Shown: piece after piece, positions 34,813-44,738 of the stretch
Layout: each line of letters starts with the position of its first letter
Position numbering within the stretch: position 1 is the stretch's first letter
Assembly: GCF_028693495.1 (NCBI RefSeq)
Contig: NZ_JAQUVG010000003.1
Span: forward strand, 8,416 to 72,415
DNA length: 64,000 nucleotides
DNA from: Zoogloea sp.
Lineage (GTDB): Bacteria; Pseudomonadota; Gammaproteobacteria; Burkholderiales; Rhodocyclaceae
Reading direction: 5' to 3'
Translations under genes and position numbers: made by a program
The notes under the pieces: model-generated
The model's database searches: none
The model's input: only the letters and a program-made list of their open reading frames with translations
Told to the model about the DNA's origin: nothing

Positions 34813-36213
34813 ATGCCTGCCCTGCCCCCATCCCTTGTCCAGCAGCTCTCAGAACGCTTCGGGAAGCGCTTCTCCACCGCCGGATCCGTCCGCGCCCATC
34901 ATGGCCACGACGAATCCCATTTCCCCGACGCCCTTCCCGATGGGGTCGTGTGGCCCCACTCCACCGCCGAGGTGGTCGAGATCGTGAACCTGTGCCGGGC
35001 GCATCGGGTACCGCTGATTCCGTTCGGCGTGGGCAGCTCCCTGGAAGGACACATCCTGGCCACCCAGGGGGGCATCAGCCTCGACATGTCCGAAATGAAC
35101 CAGGTCCTCGCCATCCATGGGGAAGACATGGACGCAGTGGTCCAGCCAGGGGTCACCCGCAAGGCCCTCAACGCGGCGCTGCACGGCACCGGGCTGTTCT
35201 TCCCGATCGACCCGGGAGCGGACGCATCCCTCGGCGGCATGACCGCCACCCGCGCCTCGGGCACCAATGCAGTCCGCTACGGCACCATGCGCGAAAACGT
35301 GATGGCCCTGGAAGTGGTCCTGGCCGACGGCCGGGTGATCCGTACCGGCGGCCGCTCCCGCAAGTCATCCGCCGGCTACGACCTGACCCGGCTCTTCGTC
35401 GGCTCCGAGGGCACCCTCGGCGTGCTCACCGAGGTCACCGTCCGCCTGCATCCGCTGCCGGAAGCCATCTCCGGCGCCACCTGCGCCTTCCCGGACGTGG
35501 GCAGCGCGGTGCAGACGGTGATCCAGACCATCCAGCTGGGCATCCCGGTGGCCCGCATCGAGCTCCTCGACACCCTCACCGTGCAGGCGGTCAACCGTTA
35601 CAGCAAGACGGCCCTACGGGAGTCGCCGATGCTGTTCTTCGAATTTCATGGATCTCCCGGCAGTGTCGAGGAACAGGCCTGTACCGTGCAGGACATCGCC
35701 CGGGACAACGGCGGCCAGGACTTCGAATGGGCCACCCGCCCCGAAGAGCGTACCCGCCTGTGGCAGGCCCGCCACGACGTGCTCTACGCCAGCCTGGCCT
35801 TGCAACCGGGCAGCCGTGGCGTCACCACCGATGTCTGCGTGCCGATCTCACGCCTCGCCGAGGCGATCGCCAGCACTCAGGCGGCCATCGCCGAGAGTGG
35901 CCTCCTGGCCCCCATCGTCGGCCACGTGGGCGATGGCAATTTCCATGTGGTGATCCTGACCACACCCGACGATCCGGATCAGGTCCGCCGGGCCGAGGCA
36001 CTCGGCAGGCGCATTGTCGAGTGCGCCCTGGCCCTGGACGGCACCTGCACCGGCGAGCATGGAATCGGCATCGGCAAGCAGGACTTCCTGCGCGCCGAAC
36101 ATGGCGAAGCGGTGACGGTGATGGCCAGCCTCAAGGCCGCCCTGGACCCGCTGAACCTCCTCAACCCCGGCAAGGTGCTGGCGCCGGCGCTGAAAGCACA
36201 GCCGACCAGGTGA
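34813..36213 (+). CDS. FAD-linked oxidase (D-lactate dehydrogenase / GlcD-like)
   Basis: Start moved to ATG 34813. FAD_binding_4 pattern (VPLIPFGVGSSLEGH) and a C-terminal FAD-oxidase domain ending GEHGIGIGKQDFL...LKAALDPLNLLNPGKV. Confidence 0.88.
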   Translation: MPALPPSLVQQLSERFGKRFSTAGSVRAHHGHDESHFPDALPDGVVWPHSTAEVVEIVNLCRAHRVPLIPFGVGSSLEGHILATQGGISLDMSEMNQVLAIHGEDMDAVVQPGVTRKALNAALHGTGLFFPIDPGADASLGGMTATRASGTNAVRYGTMRENVMALEVVLADGRVIRTGGRSRKSSAGYDLTRLFVGSEGTLGVLTEVTVRLHPLPEAISGATCAFPDVGSAVQTVIQTIQLGIPVARIELLDTLTVQAVNRYSKTALRESPMLFFEFHGSPGSVEEQACTVQDIARDNGGQDFEWATRPEERTRLWQARHDVLYASLALQPGSRGVTTDVCVPISRLAEAIASTQAAIAESGLLAPIVGHVGDGNFHVVILTTPDDPDQVRRAEALGRRIVECALALDGTCTGEHGIGIGKQDFLRAEHGEAVTVMASLKAALDPLNLLNPGKVLAPALKAQPTR

Positions 36214-36372
36214 TACCCACACGCCGGCTGCAACATTTCCAGAGCAATCCACTTGCATTAAAAAAACAACACCTGACGAGCAGAGGTCAGATACGTCAGC
36301 GGACTGCGCTAAAATCTGTCTGACATTGCATGTGCAATGCTCGAAAACAGAAAGAAAAAAGAGGACCCAGTC

Positions 36373-36855
36373 ATGAAGAAAATCATTCTTGCCGCGCTCG
36401 TTTCCGTCCCCTTCACCGCTTTCGCTGCGGCCAACAACGTGGGCTCCTGCGGCCTCGGCTCCAAGGTCTTCGAAGGCCAGCGCGGCGTCGCCCCGCAGGT
36501 CCTGGCTGCCACCACCAACGGCACCTTCGGCAACCAGACCTTCGGCATCACCTCCGGCACCCTGGGCTGTACCCAGGACGGCGTGGTCAGCTCCAGCTGG
36601 AAGACCGCCATGTTCATCGACGGCAACAAGTCCCAGCTGGCCCGTGACGCCGCCTCCGGCCAGGGCGAAACCCTGGATGCGCTGGCCGCGCTGCTGAAGG
36701 TCGATGCTGCCGACAAGGCCGCCTTCGTCAGCCTCACCAAGGCCCGCCACTCCGAGATCTTCGCTTCGGTTGAATCCGCCGAGAGCATCGCCACCCGCCT
36801 GAAGGCCGCCCTGCAGTCCGACGCCCGCCTCGCCAAATACGCTGAAGCCGTCTGA
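36373..36855 (+). CDS. Secreted DUF3015-like protein
   Basis: Start moved to ATG 36373. Signal peptide MKKIILAALVSVPFTAFAAA, then NVGSCGLGSKVFEGQ...GNQTFGITSGTLGC and GQGETLDALAALL, as in DUF3015 proteins I recall. Confidence 0.72.
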   Translation: MKKIILAALVSVPFTAFAAANNVGSCGLGSKVFEGQRGVAPQVLAATTNGTFGNQTFGITSGTLGCTQDGVVSSSWKTAMFIDGNKSQLARDAASGQGETLDALAALLKVDAADKAAFVSLTKARHSEIFASVESAESIATRLKAALQSDARLAKYAEAV

Positions 36856-36905
36856 TTACCGCAGCACCGCGGGTCCTGGTCAGCCAACGGCCCGCAGCAC
36901 ACCCC

Positions 36906-36931
36906 AGCCCTGTGCCCGCACAGGGCTTTTT
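36906..36931 (+). terminator. Rho-independent terminator after the DUF3015 gene
   Basis: AGCCCTGTG-CCCG-CACAGGGCT followed by TTTTT. Confidence 0.75.
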
Positions 36932-36956
36932 AACGCCCGCAGCACACCTTCATCCC

Positions 36957-38855
36957 ATGCGCACACTGCTCGCCCTCGGCGCCGTCCTGAGTCTGGCCGC
37001 AGCCGCCCTGCCGGCCCGGGCCGACGGCCCCGGCGACCTCCAGGCCCAGGCCCGCAGCCTGCATCTCGCTGACGACCCTGGCTGGGCCGACCTGCTCCAG
37101 TACGAACCCCACCCGCTCACCCGCCGGCTGCGCAGCCTGGCCGACGACCCGGGTTTCTTCAACGCCCCGGACGGTGCCAGGAACCCGGCCGCCGAGCTCG
37201 ACGCGACCCTCGCCCGGCTGTTTGAGCCGGCCCGCCCGGACGATCCCGACAGCCACCCCCAGTGTCGCTTTCCGGCACGCCTGCACTGGCTGCGGGCGCG
37301 GCTCGGCATGAGCATCGACACCCTGCCGGCCCAGCCCTGCCCGCGCCTGGAGGCCTGGATGGCGGCGATCAACCCGGCCGGCGCCACCCTCGTCTTCCCG
37401 TCAGCCTACGTAAACAGCCCGGCCTCAATGTTCGGCCATACCCTGCTGCGCATCGACGCCGTCGGCCAGACCGAGGCTACCCGGCTGCTCGCCTACACCA
37501 TCAACTACGCCGCCAAAGCCGACGCTACCGATGGCTTCAGCTTCGCCCTCAAGGGCCTCACCGGGCTTTACCCTGGCATGCTCTCCAGCTCGCCCTACTA
37601 CGTGAAGGTGCGCGAATACAGCGACATGGAAAGCCGCGATGTGTGGGAATACGGCCTCAACCTCAGCACCGCCGAAACCCGCCAGTTGCTGCGCCACGCC
37701 TGGGAGATCGGCGCCACCCGCTTCGACTACTGGTTCTTCGACGAGAACTGTTCTTACATGATGCTGCGCCTGCTCGACGTGGCGCGGCCGGGCCTGCGCG
37801 TCTCGCAGCAGTTTTTCTGGACGGCGATCCCGGTGGATACCGTCAAGGGCGTGGTCGCCGCAGTGCCGGGGCTGGTCACCGACATCCACTTCCGCGCCTC
37901 GGCCGGCACCGAGCTCGCCCACCGCGCCGGCCGGCTGGCCCCCGGGCAGATGGAGGCCGCCATCGCGGTGGCCGACGGACGCGCCGCGCCGGAGAGCCTG
38001 GGCGACAGCCCGCTGGCCATCGAGCAGCTCGAGTTTGCCGACCGCCTGGTGTCCTTCCGTGGCCACGGCGGCAAGCTCGGGCAGGACGAAGCCCTCGCCC
38101 GCCTGAAGGGCATCCAGACCCGCCGCAGCACGCTTCCAGCCATGGACAGCGGCCCCGTCCCCATTCCGGCGCGCCCGGAAACCGGCCACGCCTCGGCCCG
38201 CGCCGGCCTCGCCGCAGGCAGCCTGGCGGGCGACGCAGCCGTGTTCCTCGAGCTCCGGCCGGCCTACCACGAGCTCCTTGACCCCGAACGCGGCTACGCC
38301 CGCGGCGCCCAGATCCGCTTCGGCGACCTGGCCGCCAGCCAGCGCGAAGGCCGGGGCTGGCAGCTCGACCGCTTCCTGCCCGTGGACATCGTCTCGGTAG
38401 CGCCGCGCCAGGCATGGACCCAGCCCCTGTCGTGGAAGGTGCGCTTCGGCTGGGAGCGCAGCCTGGGTGCCAGCCGCGCCATCGCTCCGATGCTCGCCGG
38501 AGGCCCTGGCGCGGCGTGGGAGTGGAAGCTCGGCGGGGAGCCGCTGCTGGCCTACGTGTTCCTCGAAAACCAGCTCCTCAGCCACCCCGCCCTGCAGAAG
38601 AGCTGGGCCATCGGGAGCGGCCCGCTGGCCGGCGTGCTGCACGACCTGGGCAAGCACAGCCGGGTGCAGGTCGAAGCTGGCCGCCAGTGGTACATCGACC
38701 AGCGTCTGCAACGCAGCAGCTTCCGCGCCCGCCTGCGCACGCGCCTTGACCCGCACAGCAACCTGGTGGCCGGCTACGAATGGACACAACTCGAGCTGCC
38801 CGGGACGCACCACAGGGAGCGCAGCCTCCAGGTGGGCTGGCAACTCTATTTCTGA
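36957..38855 (+). CDS. Secreted DUF4105 (Lnb N-terminal periplasmic domain)-like protein with barrel-like C-terminal region
   Basis: Start moved to ATG 36957 (signal MRTLLALGAVLSLAAAALPARA). The SMFGHTLLRID...YFFDENCSY region is typical of DUF4105. The C-terminal ~200 aa has alternating hydrophobic patterns and ends in ...SLQVGWQLYF, with a terminal aromatic residue. Confidence 0.72.
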   Translation: MRTLLALGAVLSLAAAALPARADGPGDLQAQARSLHLADDPGWADLLQYEPHPLTRRLRSLADDPGFFNAPDGARNPAAELDATLARLFEPARPDDPDSHPQCRFPARLHWLRARLGMSIDTLPAQPCPRLEAWMAAINPAGATLVFPSAYVNSPASMFGHTLLRIDAVGQTEATRLLAYTINYAAKADATDGFSFALKGLTGLYPGMLSSSPYYVKVREYSDMESRDVWEYGLNLSTAETRQLLRHAWEIGATRFDYWFFDENCSYMMLRLLDVARPGLRVSQQFFWTAIPVDTVKGVVAAVPGLVTDIHFRASAGTELAHRAGRLAPGQMEAAIAVADGRAAPESLGDSPLAIEQLEFADRLVSFRGHGGKLGQDEALARLKGIQTRRSTLPAMDSGPVPIPARPETGHASARAGLAAGSLAGDAAVFLELRPAYHELLDPERGYARGAQIRFGDLAASQREGRGWQLDRFLPVDIVSVAPRQAWTQPLSWKVRFGWERSLGASRAIAPMLAGGPGAAWEWKLGGEPLLAYVFLENQLLSHPALQKSWAIGSGPLAGVLHDLGKHSRVQVEAGRQWYIDQRLQRSSFRARLRTRLDPHSNLVAGYEWTQLELPGTHHRERSLQVGWQLYF

Positions 38856-38973
38856 ACACTGGAACCCGCGCGCTGCTGTCGCCTCAAAGAGGAGTCAGAC
38901 AGTGTCGCGCGGGGTACCCGCACAGCCGGGTTGGCGCGCGAATCGTCCCACCGATTTTTGCGAGGACAAAACC

Positions 38974-41900
38974 ATGGCCGAGCAGGATCCACGCCCTGTC
39001 CGCAGCGCATCCCTGGACGACAAATACACCACCGAGTCCGGCCGAACATATCTCACCGGCTACCAGGCCCTCGTCCGCCTGCTGATGATCCAGCGCAACC
39101 GCGACCGGGCCGCCGGGCTCGAGACCGCCGGCTTTGTCTCCGGCTACAGGGGTTCCCCCCTGGGCGGGCTCGATCTGAGCCTGTGGAAGGCCCGGGACCA
39201 CCTCGCCCGCCACGACATCGTCTTCCAGCCCGGCATCAACGAGGACATGGCGGCCACCGCCGTGTGGGGCAGCCAGCAGGTAAGCCTGTCGCCCAAGGCC
39301 CGGGTCCAGGGCGTGTTCGGCATGTGGTACGGCAAGGGCCCGGGGGTGGACCGCTGTGGCGACGTGTTCCGCCACGCCAATGCCGCCGGCAGCGCGCAAT
39401 ACGGCGGGGTGCTGGTGATCGCCGGCGACGACCACGCGGCCAAATCGTCCACCCTGCCCCACCAGACCGACCACTTCTTCAAGTCGATGATGATGCCGGT
39501 GCTGGCCCCGGCTGGTGTGCAGGACTATCTCGACTTCGGCGTGCATGGCTGGGCCCTGTCCCGTTATTCGGGCTGCTGGGTGGCCTTCAAGGCCCTCGCC
39601 GATACCGTCGAGACCTCCGCCTCGGTGGACGTGGACCCCCACCGGGTGAAGACGAAGATTCCTGAAGATTTCGCCTTGCCCGAAGGCGGCCTCAACATCC
39701 GCTGGCCCGACCCGCCCCTGGTGCAGGAAAAGCGCCTGCTCCACGCCAAACTCTACGCCGCCCTGGCCTACTGCCGGGCCAATGGCCTCAACCGGATCAT
39801 CATCGACTCGCCCCAGCCGCGCCTGGGCATCATCACCGCCGGCAAGAGCTATCTGGATGTGCGCCAGGCCTTCGACGATCTGGGCATCGACGAGGCCCTG
39901 GCCGCCGAGATCGGCATCCGCCTGTACAAGGTGGGCATGGTGTGGCCGCTGGAGGCCGAGGGCGTGCGCCACTTTGCCGAGGGCCTGGACGAAATCCTGG
40001 TGATCGAGGAGAAGCGTCAGCTGATCGAATACCAGCTCAAGGAAGAGCTCTACAACTGGCGCGAAGACGTGCGCCCGCGGGTGGTGGGCAAGTTCGACGA
40101 GAAGGGCGAGTGGTCGCTCCTCACCACCCAGGGCCCCGACGGACGCGCCACCGTGGACCATGGGGAATGGCTGCTCCCCGCCGCCGGCGAGCTGACCCCG
40201 GCGATGATTGCCCGGGTCATCGCCGTGCGCATCGGGCGCTTTTTCACCTCCGAGCGCATCGAAACCCGGCTGGCCTTCCTGCAGGCCAAGGAGGCCACCC
40301 TCGGCCGCCGTGTCTTCGCCATCGACCGGGTGCCCACCTTCTGTCCCGGCTGCCCCCACAACACCTCCACGGTGGTGCCCGAGGGCAGCCGCGCCATGGC
40401 CGGCATCGGCTGTCACTACATGGCCACTTTCATGCCCGACCGCAAGACCGGCACCTTCACCCACATGGGGGGCGAGGGCGTCCCCTGGGTTGGTCAGGCG
40501 CCCTTCCTGAACGAGGAGCACATCTTTGCCAACCTGGGGGACGGCACCTACTTCCACTCGGGCCTGCTGGCCATCCGCCAGGCGGTGGCGGTCTTCAACC
40601 GGCCCGGGGTGACAAGCGGCATCACCTACAAGATCCTCTACAACGACGCCGTGGCCATGACCGGGGGGCAGCCGGTAGACGGGGAACTGAGTGTGCCCAG
40701 GCTGCTGCGCCAGCTGCAGGGCGAAGGCGTGAACACCATCGTGCTGGTCACCGACGGCACCGACCGCCCCTGGCATGTGGCCGACATCCCCCACGGTATC
40801 CCCATCCGCCACCGGGACGAGCTGGAGGTGATCCAGCGGGAACTGCGCAGCACCGCCGGCGTGTCGGCCCTGGTTTTCGACCAGACCTGCGCTGCCGAAA
40901 AGCGCCGCCGCAGGAAGCGCGGCACCTACCCCGACCCGCAGACCCGCGTCTTCATCAACGAGGCAGTCTGCGAAGGCTGCGGCGATTGCGGGCGGGAATC
41001 CAACTGCATGGCCATCCTGCCCGTGGAGAGCGAGTTCGGGCGCAAGCGCCAGATCGACCAGTCGGCCTGCAACAAGGATTTCTCGTGCATGAACGGCTTC
41101 TGCCCCAGCTTCGTCACCGTTGAAGGTGGCCGGCTGCGCAAGGGCCGTGGCCTGCAGGGCGATGACAACCGCTTCGCCCCCCTGCCCGCCCCCAGCCTGC
41201 CCTCCGCCCGCGAGCCCTGGGGTATCCTGGTCACGGGTGTCGGTGGCACCGGCGTGGTCACCATCGGCGCCCTGATCGGCATGGCGGCACATCTGGATGG
41301 CAAGGGCGTCACCGTGCTGGACATGACCGGTCTGGCCCAGAAGGGCGGTTCGGTGTTCAGCCACGTGCGCATTGCCGAGCGCCCCGAAGACCTCCACGCC
41401 GTGCGTATCGCCACCGGCGAAGCCAACGTGGTGATCGGCGGCGACCTGGTGGTCACCGCCAGCGTGGACGCCCTGGCCAAGATGGCCACCGGCCGCACCC
41501 GCGGCGTGGTGAACTGTGCCGAGACGCCCACCTCCGAATTCACCCGCAACCCGGACTGGCAGTTTCCGCAGGAAAAGATGCAGGCAGCCATCGTCGAGGC
41601 GGTCGGCCAGGGAGCCTGCGACTTCCTGGATGCCCGGTGGCTGGCCACCCGGCTGATGGGCGACGCGATCGCCACCAACCTGTTCCTGCTGGGCTACGCC
41701 TGGCAGAAGGGCTGGGTACCGGTCAGCGAGGACAGCCTGCTGAAGGCCATCGAGCTCAACGGTGCTGCCATCGAGATGAACCGCAAGGCCTTCACCTGGG
41801 GCCGCCGGGCCGCCATGGACCTGCGCGCCGTGGAGCGGGAGGTCCGCCCTGCGCCGGTCATCCCGATCCGGCCGGAAACCCTTGAGGACCGGATAGCCCG

Positions 41901-42531
41901 CCGGGCAGCCCTCCTCACCGACTACCAGGACGTGGCCTACGCCCGTCGCTACACCGACCTGATCGCCCGGGTGCGGGCCGCAGAAGCCCCCCTGGGCAGC
42001 GACACGCTCACCGAGGCAGTGCTCCGCAATCACTTCAAGCTGCTGGCCTACAAGGACGAGTACGAGGTGGCCCGGCTCTACAGCGCCCCCACCTTCCGGG
42101 ACGCCCTGGCCGCCACCTTCGAAGGAGACTTCACCCTCCACTTCCACCTGGCACCCACCTTCCTGGCCCGGCCCGACTCAGCCTCCGGACGCATCCGCAA
42201 GCTCGCCTTCGGCCCCTGGATGCTCACCGCCTTCAAGTGGCTGGCGCGCCTGAAAGGCCTGCGCGGGACGCCCTTCGATCCCTTCGGCTACCACCCGGAA
42301 CGCCGCGCCGAGCGGGCCCTGCTCGCCCAGTACGAAGCCGATCTCCTGGGTATCCTGCCGGACCTGACCACGGATCGACTCCCGCTGGCCATCGAGCTGG
42401 CGAACCTGCCGGAAGACATTCGGGGGTTCGGACACGTGAAAGGACAGGCCATCACCCGCGCCGAGCAGAAACGTCAATCCCTGCTGACCCGCTGGCACGC
42501 CCGCCTCACTGGCGCCAGTCAGGCCGCATGA
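38974..42531 (+). CDS. Indolepyruvate ferredoxin oxidoreductase family protein (fused alpha/beta, 2-oxoacid:ferredoxin oxidoreductase)
   Basis: Start moved to ATG 38974. SLDDKYTTESGRTYLTGYQALVRLLMIQ...FVSGYRGSPLGG, a TPP-binding region (GIGCHYM...GDGTYFHSG) and a 4Fe-4S cluster motif (CEGCGDCG...C). About 1185 aa. Confidence 0.9.
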   Translation: MAEQDPRPVRSASLDDKYTTESGRTYLTGYQALVRLLMIQRNRDRAAGLETAGFVSGYRGSPLGGLDLSLWKARDHLARHDIVFQPGINEDMAATAVWGSQQVSLSPKARVQGVFGMWYGKGPGVDRCGDVFRHANAAGSAQYGGVLVIAGDDHAAKSSTLPHQTDHFFKSMMMPVLAPAGVQDYLDFGVHGWALSRYSGCWVAFKALADTVETSASVDVDPHRVKTKIPEDFALPEGGLNIRWPDPPLVQEKRLLHAKLYAALAYCRANGLNRIIIDSPQPRLGIITAGKSYLDVRQAFDDLGIDEALAAEIGIRLYKVGMVWPLEAEGVRHFAEGLDEILVIEEKRQLIEYQLKEELYNWREDVRPRVVGKFDEKGEWSLLTTQGPDGRATVDHGEWLLPAAGELTPAMIARVIAVRIGRFFTSERIETRLAFLQAKEATLGRRVFAIDRVPTFCPGCPHNTSTVVPEGSRAMAGIGCHYMATFMPDRKTGTFTHMGGEGVPWVGQAPFLNEEHIFANLGDGTYFHSGLLAIRQAVAVFNRPGVTSGITYKILYNDAVAMTGGQPVDGELSVPRLLRQLQGEGVNTIVLVTDGTDRPWHVADIPHGIPIRHRDELEVIQRELRSTAGVSALVFDQTCAAEKRRRRKRGTYPDPQTRVFINEAVCEGCGDCGRESNCMAILPVESEFGRKRQIDQSACNKDFSCMNGFCPSFVTVEGGRLRKGRGLQGDDNRFAPLPAPSLPSAREPWGILVTGVGGTGVVTIGALIGMAAHLDGKGVTVLDMTGLAQKGGSVFSHVRIAERPEDLHAVRIATGEANVVIGGDLVVTASVDALAKMATGRTRGVVNCAETPTSEFTRNPDWQFPQEKMQAAIVEAVGQGACDFLDARWLATRLMGDAIATNLFLLGYAWQKGWVPVSEDSLLKAIELNGAAIEMNRKAFTWGRRAAMDLRAVEREVRPAPVIPIRPETLEDRIARRAALLTDYQDVAYARRYTDLIARVRAAEAPLGSDTLTEAVLRNHFKLLAYKDEYEVARLYSAPTFRDALAATFEGDFTLHFHLAPTFLARPDSASGRIRKLAFGPWMLTAFKWLARLKGLRGTPFDPFGYHPERRAERALLAQYEADLLGILPDLTTDRLPLAIELANLPEDIRGFGHVKGQAITRAEQKRQSLLTRWHARLTGASQAA

Positions 42532-42662
42532 ACCGAACTGTACGGAACAACGGGCCACGGAAATATCCAGCCACCCCGTGGCCTGGTTGACTGGCCCCGC
42601 ACGCCCAAAGGCGTCATCATCCGGCCTGACGTCCTTTTCAAAAACGGTCCCGGAACGCTCCG

Positions 42663-43160
42663 ATGAAATCCCTCTCCCTCCTGCTCACCACGCTGCTGCT
42701 GTCCACTCCGCTGATGGCTTCGCCGCCGAGTCCCGAGTCCGTGCACCAACTGCTGACCCTGAGTGGCGTGGAGCGTGCGCCTGCCAACGCCCAGCAGGGG
42801 CTAGAGACGGTGCTCCGCAACTCCCTCAACCAGGCCCTCCAGGGCAAGACCCTGACGCCCAAGGGGCAGCAGATCATCGACAAATTCAATGCGGACAGTC
42901 TCAAGACCATCCGGAGCGAGATCAGCTGGGCAAAACTCAAGGACGGCTACGTCAAGGCGTATACGGAGACCTTCACCCAGGAAGAAGTGAATGGCCTGAT
43001 CGGCTTCTACAAGAGCCCGACCGGCCAGGCGCTGCTGACCAAGATGCCCCAGATCGCCCAGAAGACCAACCAGCTCAACCAGCAGAGGCTCGGACCCATG
43101 GTCGAGCAGCTGAAGAACGGGCTGCAGAAGGCGATCCAGGACGCCCAGGCAGCCAAGTAA
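42663..43160 (+). CDS. Secreted DUF2059-like protein
   Basis: Signal peptide MKSLSLLLTTLLLSTPLMA. ...YTETFTQEEVNGLIGFYKSPTGQALLTKMPQI... matches the DUF2059 pattern. Confidence 0.72.
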   Translation: MKSLSLLLTTLLLSTPLMASPPSPESVHQLLTLSGVERAPANAQQGLETVLRNSLNQALQGKTLTPKGQQIIDKFNADSLKTIRSEISWAKLKDGYVKAYTETFTQEEVNGLIGFYKSPTGQALLTKMPQIAQKTNQLNQQRLGPMVEQLKNGLQKAIQDAQAAK

Positions 43161-43177
43161 CGGGTGTCCTGTCGCCC

Positions 43178-43951
43178 ATGGCCCCCGCACTCAAGGCCCT
43201 CGTCGCCCAGGTGACGGGCTGGCTGGTGACCTTCGGACTGGCACGCAGTGGCCTGCTGCCCGCCGGGCTGCTTGCCATTGTCTTAACGCAGGCCCTGACA
43301 GCGGCGGCAACCGCGACCGCCCTGGGGAGCGCCCCCTGGTGGCGCTGGATTCACCTGGGCTTCACCCCCCTGGTGATCGGGGCACTCCAGCTGGAGATCG
43401 CCCCGGGATGGTATCTGGCGGGCTTCACGGGCCTGGTGCTGGTTTACTGGAGCAGTTTCCGGACTCAGGTTCCCCTGTTCCTGTCCAGCCGGGCGACCGC
43501 TGCGGCGGTCGCCGGACTCCTGCCACGAGGACGCCCTGGGCACCTGCTCGATCTGGGCAGCGGTACCGGCGCCCTGCTCCGTCCCCTGGCCCGGTTACGC
43601 CCCGATCTGCGCCTGGAAGGGGTGGAGTCCGCGCCGGCACCCTATGCCCTCTCCCGCTGGCTGTCCCGCAAGTCACCCACCATCGCCCTGGCCCGGGGGG
43701 ATTTTTTCCAGATACCCTGGTCAGATTACGACCTGGTCTATGCCTTCCTGTCACCGGCACCCATGGCCCAGGTCTGGGAGAAGGCCTGCGCAGAGATGCG
43801 CCCGGGAGCACTCCTGGTCAGCAACAGCTTTCCCGTCCCCGGAGTGGAGCCGGAACGGGTAATCGAGGTGGACGATCCGCGCAGGACCCGGCTTTACTGC
43901 TACATCCCTGCCGGAACGGAATGGCACAAAGGACGAATAGGGGTACCATAA
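43178..43951 (+). CDS. Membrane-anchored class I SAM-dependent methyltransferase
   Basis: Start at ATG 43178. About 4 predicted TM helices, then SAM motif I LLDLGSGTGALLRPLA and post-I/II motifs (VYAFLSP). The upstream part of the 457-aa track ORF overlaps the DUF2059 gene in another frame. Confidence 0.72.
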   Translation: MAPALKALVAQVTGWLVTFGLARSGLLPAGLLAIVLTQALTAAATATALGSAPWWRWIHLGFTPLVIGALQLEIAPGWYLAGFTGLVLVYWSSFRTQVPLFLSSRATAAAVAGLLPRGRPGHLLDLGSGTGALLRPLARLRPDLRLEGVESAPAPYALSRWLSRKSPTIALARGDFFQIPWSDYDLVYAFLSPAPMAQVWEKACAEMRPGALLVSNSFPVPGVEPERVIEVDDPRRTRLYCYIPAGTEWHKGRIGVP

Positions 43952-44033
43952 GCCCCCACTTCAAAAGACTTTTTCCGGGAGATCCGCCGATAATGGCGTC
44001 ATCCCATCGTGTGTTCAGCAAGAGGCGCATACC

Positions 44034-44738
44034 ATGTCCCGGATCATCTGCATCATCGGCAACAAGGGCGGTACCGGCAAGACCACCCTGTCCCACATGC
44101 TCTGCCAGGGTTTCGGCCTGCTGGGGCAACGTTCCGCCTGCGTGCTGACCGACACCCAGCGGGAACCCCTGTCGCCGGACGGACGCCGCTATGTGACAGC
44201 CGATGGTCGTACGCCGGAAGCCCTGCACAAGGTGGTGGGCAAGCTGCGCACCATGAATGGCTGGATCGGAGTGATCGACGGCGGTGGCAACCGGGCCGAA
44301 ATGGATCGTATCCTGGACGAACTCGCGGACATCGTGCTGCTGCCCTTCCGGGAATCCCACGAGGACATGCGTACGGTCCTCAAGGATCTCGAAGCCTTCC
44401 CCCACGCCTATGCACTGCCCTCCCAATGGCCCACGAACGCCTGGGCCAGGGATGCCGCCGACCGCAACGTGATGACCCTGCTGGGCGTGCACAAGCACCG
44501 CCTGCTGCATCCCGTCGCCAACCTGTCTGCGACCAAGCTGCTACTCCAGAAAAATATCCCGGACGGACTTCCCTCCAATCTGGGCAACGCCTGCCGGGCC
44601 CTGGCACGTCAGGTGCTGGAAGTGCTGGAAATCGACGAGAGTGTTCCCGAACCAGATCGGGAAACCCAGCAGGACACGCACGCCACTCCTGGCGCCACCC
44701 TCCTGCCGGAAGGTTACGCCAGCACGGCACGCCACTGA
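44034..44738 (+). CDS. Orphan ParA/MinD-family P-loop ATPase
   Basis: Deviant Walker A IIGNKGGTGKTTLS and a Walker B-like IGVIDGGG, 234 aa. No parB-like gene is adjacent. Confidence 0.8.
   Translation: MSRIICIIGNKGGTGKTTLSHMLCQGFGLLGQRSACVLTDTQREPLSPDGRRYVTADGRTPEALHKVVGKLRTMNGWIGVIDGGGNRAEMDRILDELADIVLLPFRESHEDMRTVLKDLEAFPHAYALPSQWPTNAWARDAADRNVMTLLGVHKHRLLHPVANLSATKLLLQKNIPDGLPSNLGNACRALARQVLEVLEIDESVPEPDRETQQDTHATPGATLLPEGYASTARH

Noticed and set aside
38884-42147. 1087-aa ORF on the minus strand, the longest ORF in the track after the ior frame.
   Set aside because: It is exactly antisense to the well-supported indolepyruvate:ferredoxin oxidoreductase gene. Its translation is dominated by Gly/Ala/His/Arg/Pro/Val runs with no recognisable motifs. 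This is the typical shadow frame of a high-G+C gene.
42578-43177. N-terminal 200 aa of the 457-aa ORF 42578-43951. The same issue affects the upstream extensions of ORFs 38467-42531, 22527-25043, 46004-46900 and 46222-47079.
   Set aside because: These extensions overlap neighbouring well-supported genes out of frame and have non-protein-like composition. Internal ATGs coincide with family-typical N-termini, signal peptides or ATGA couplings.
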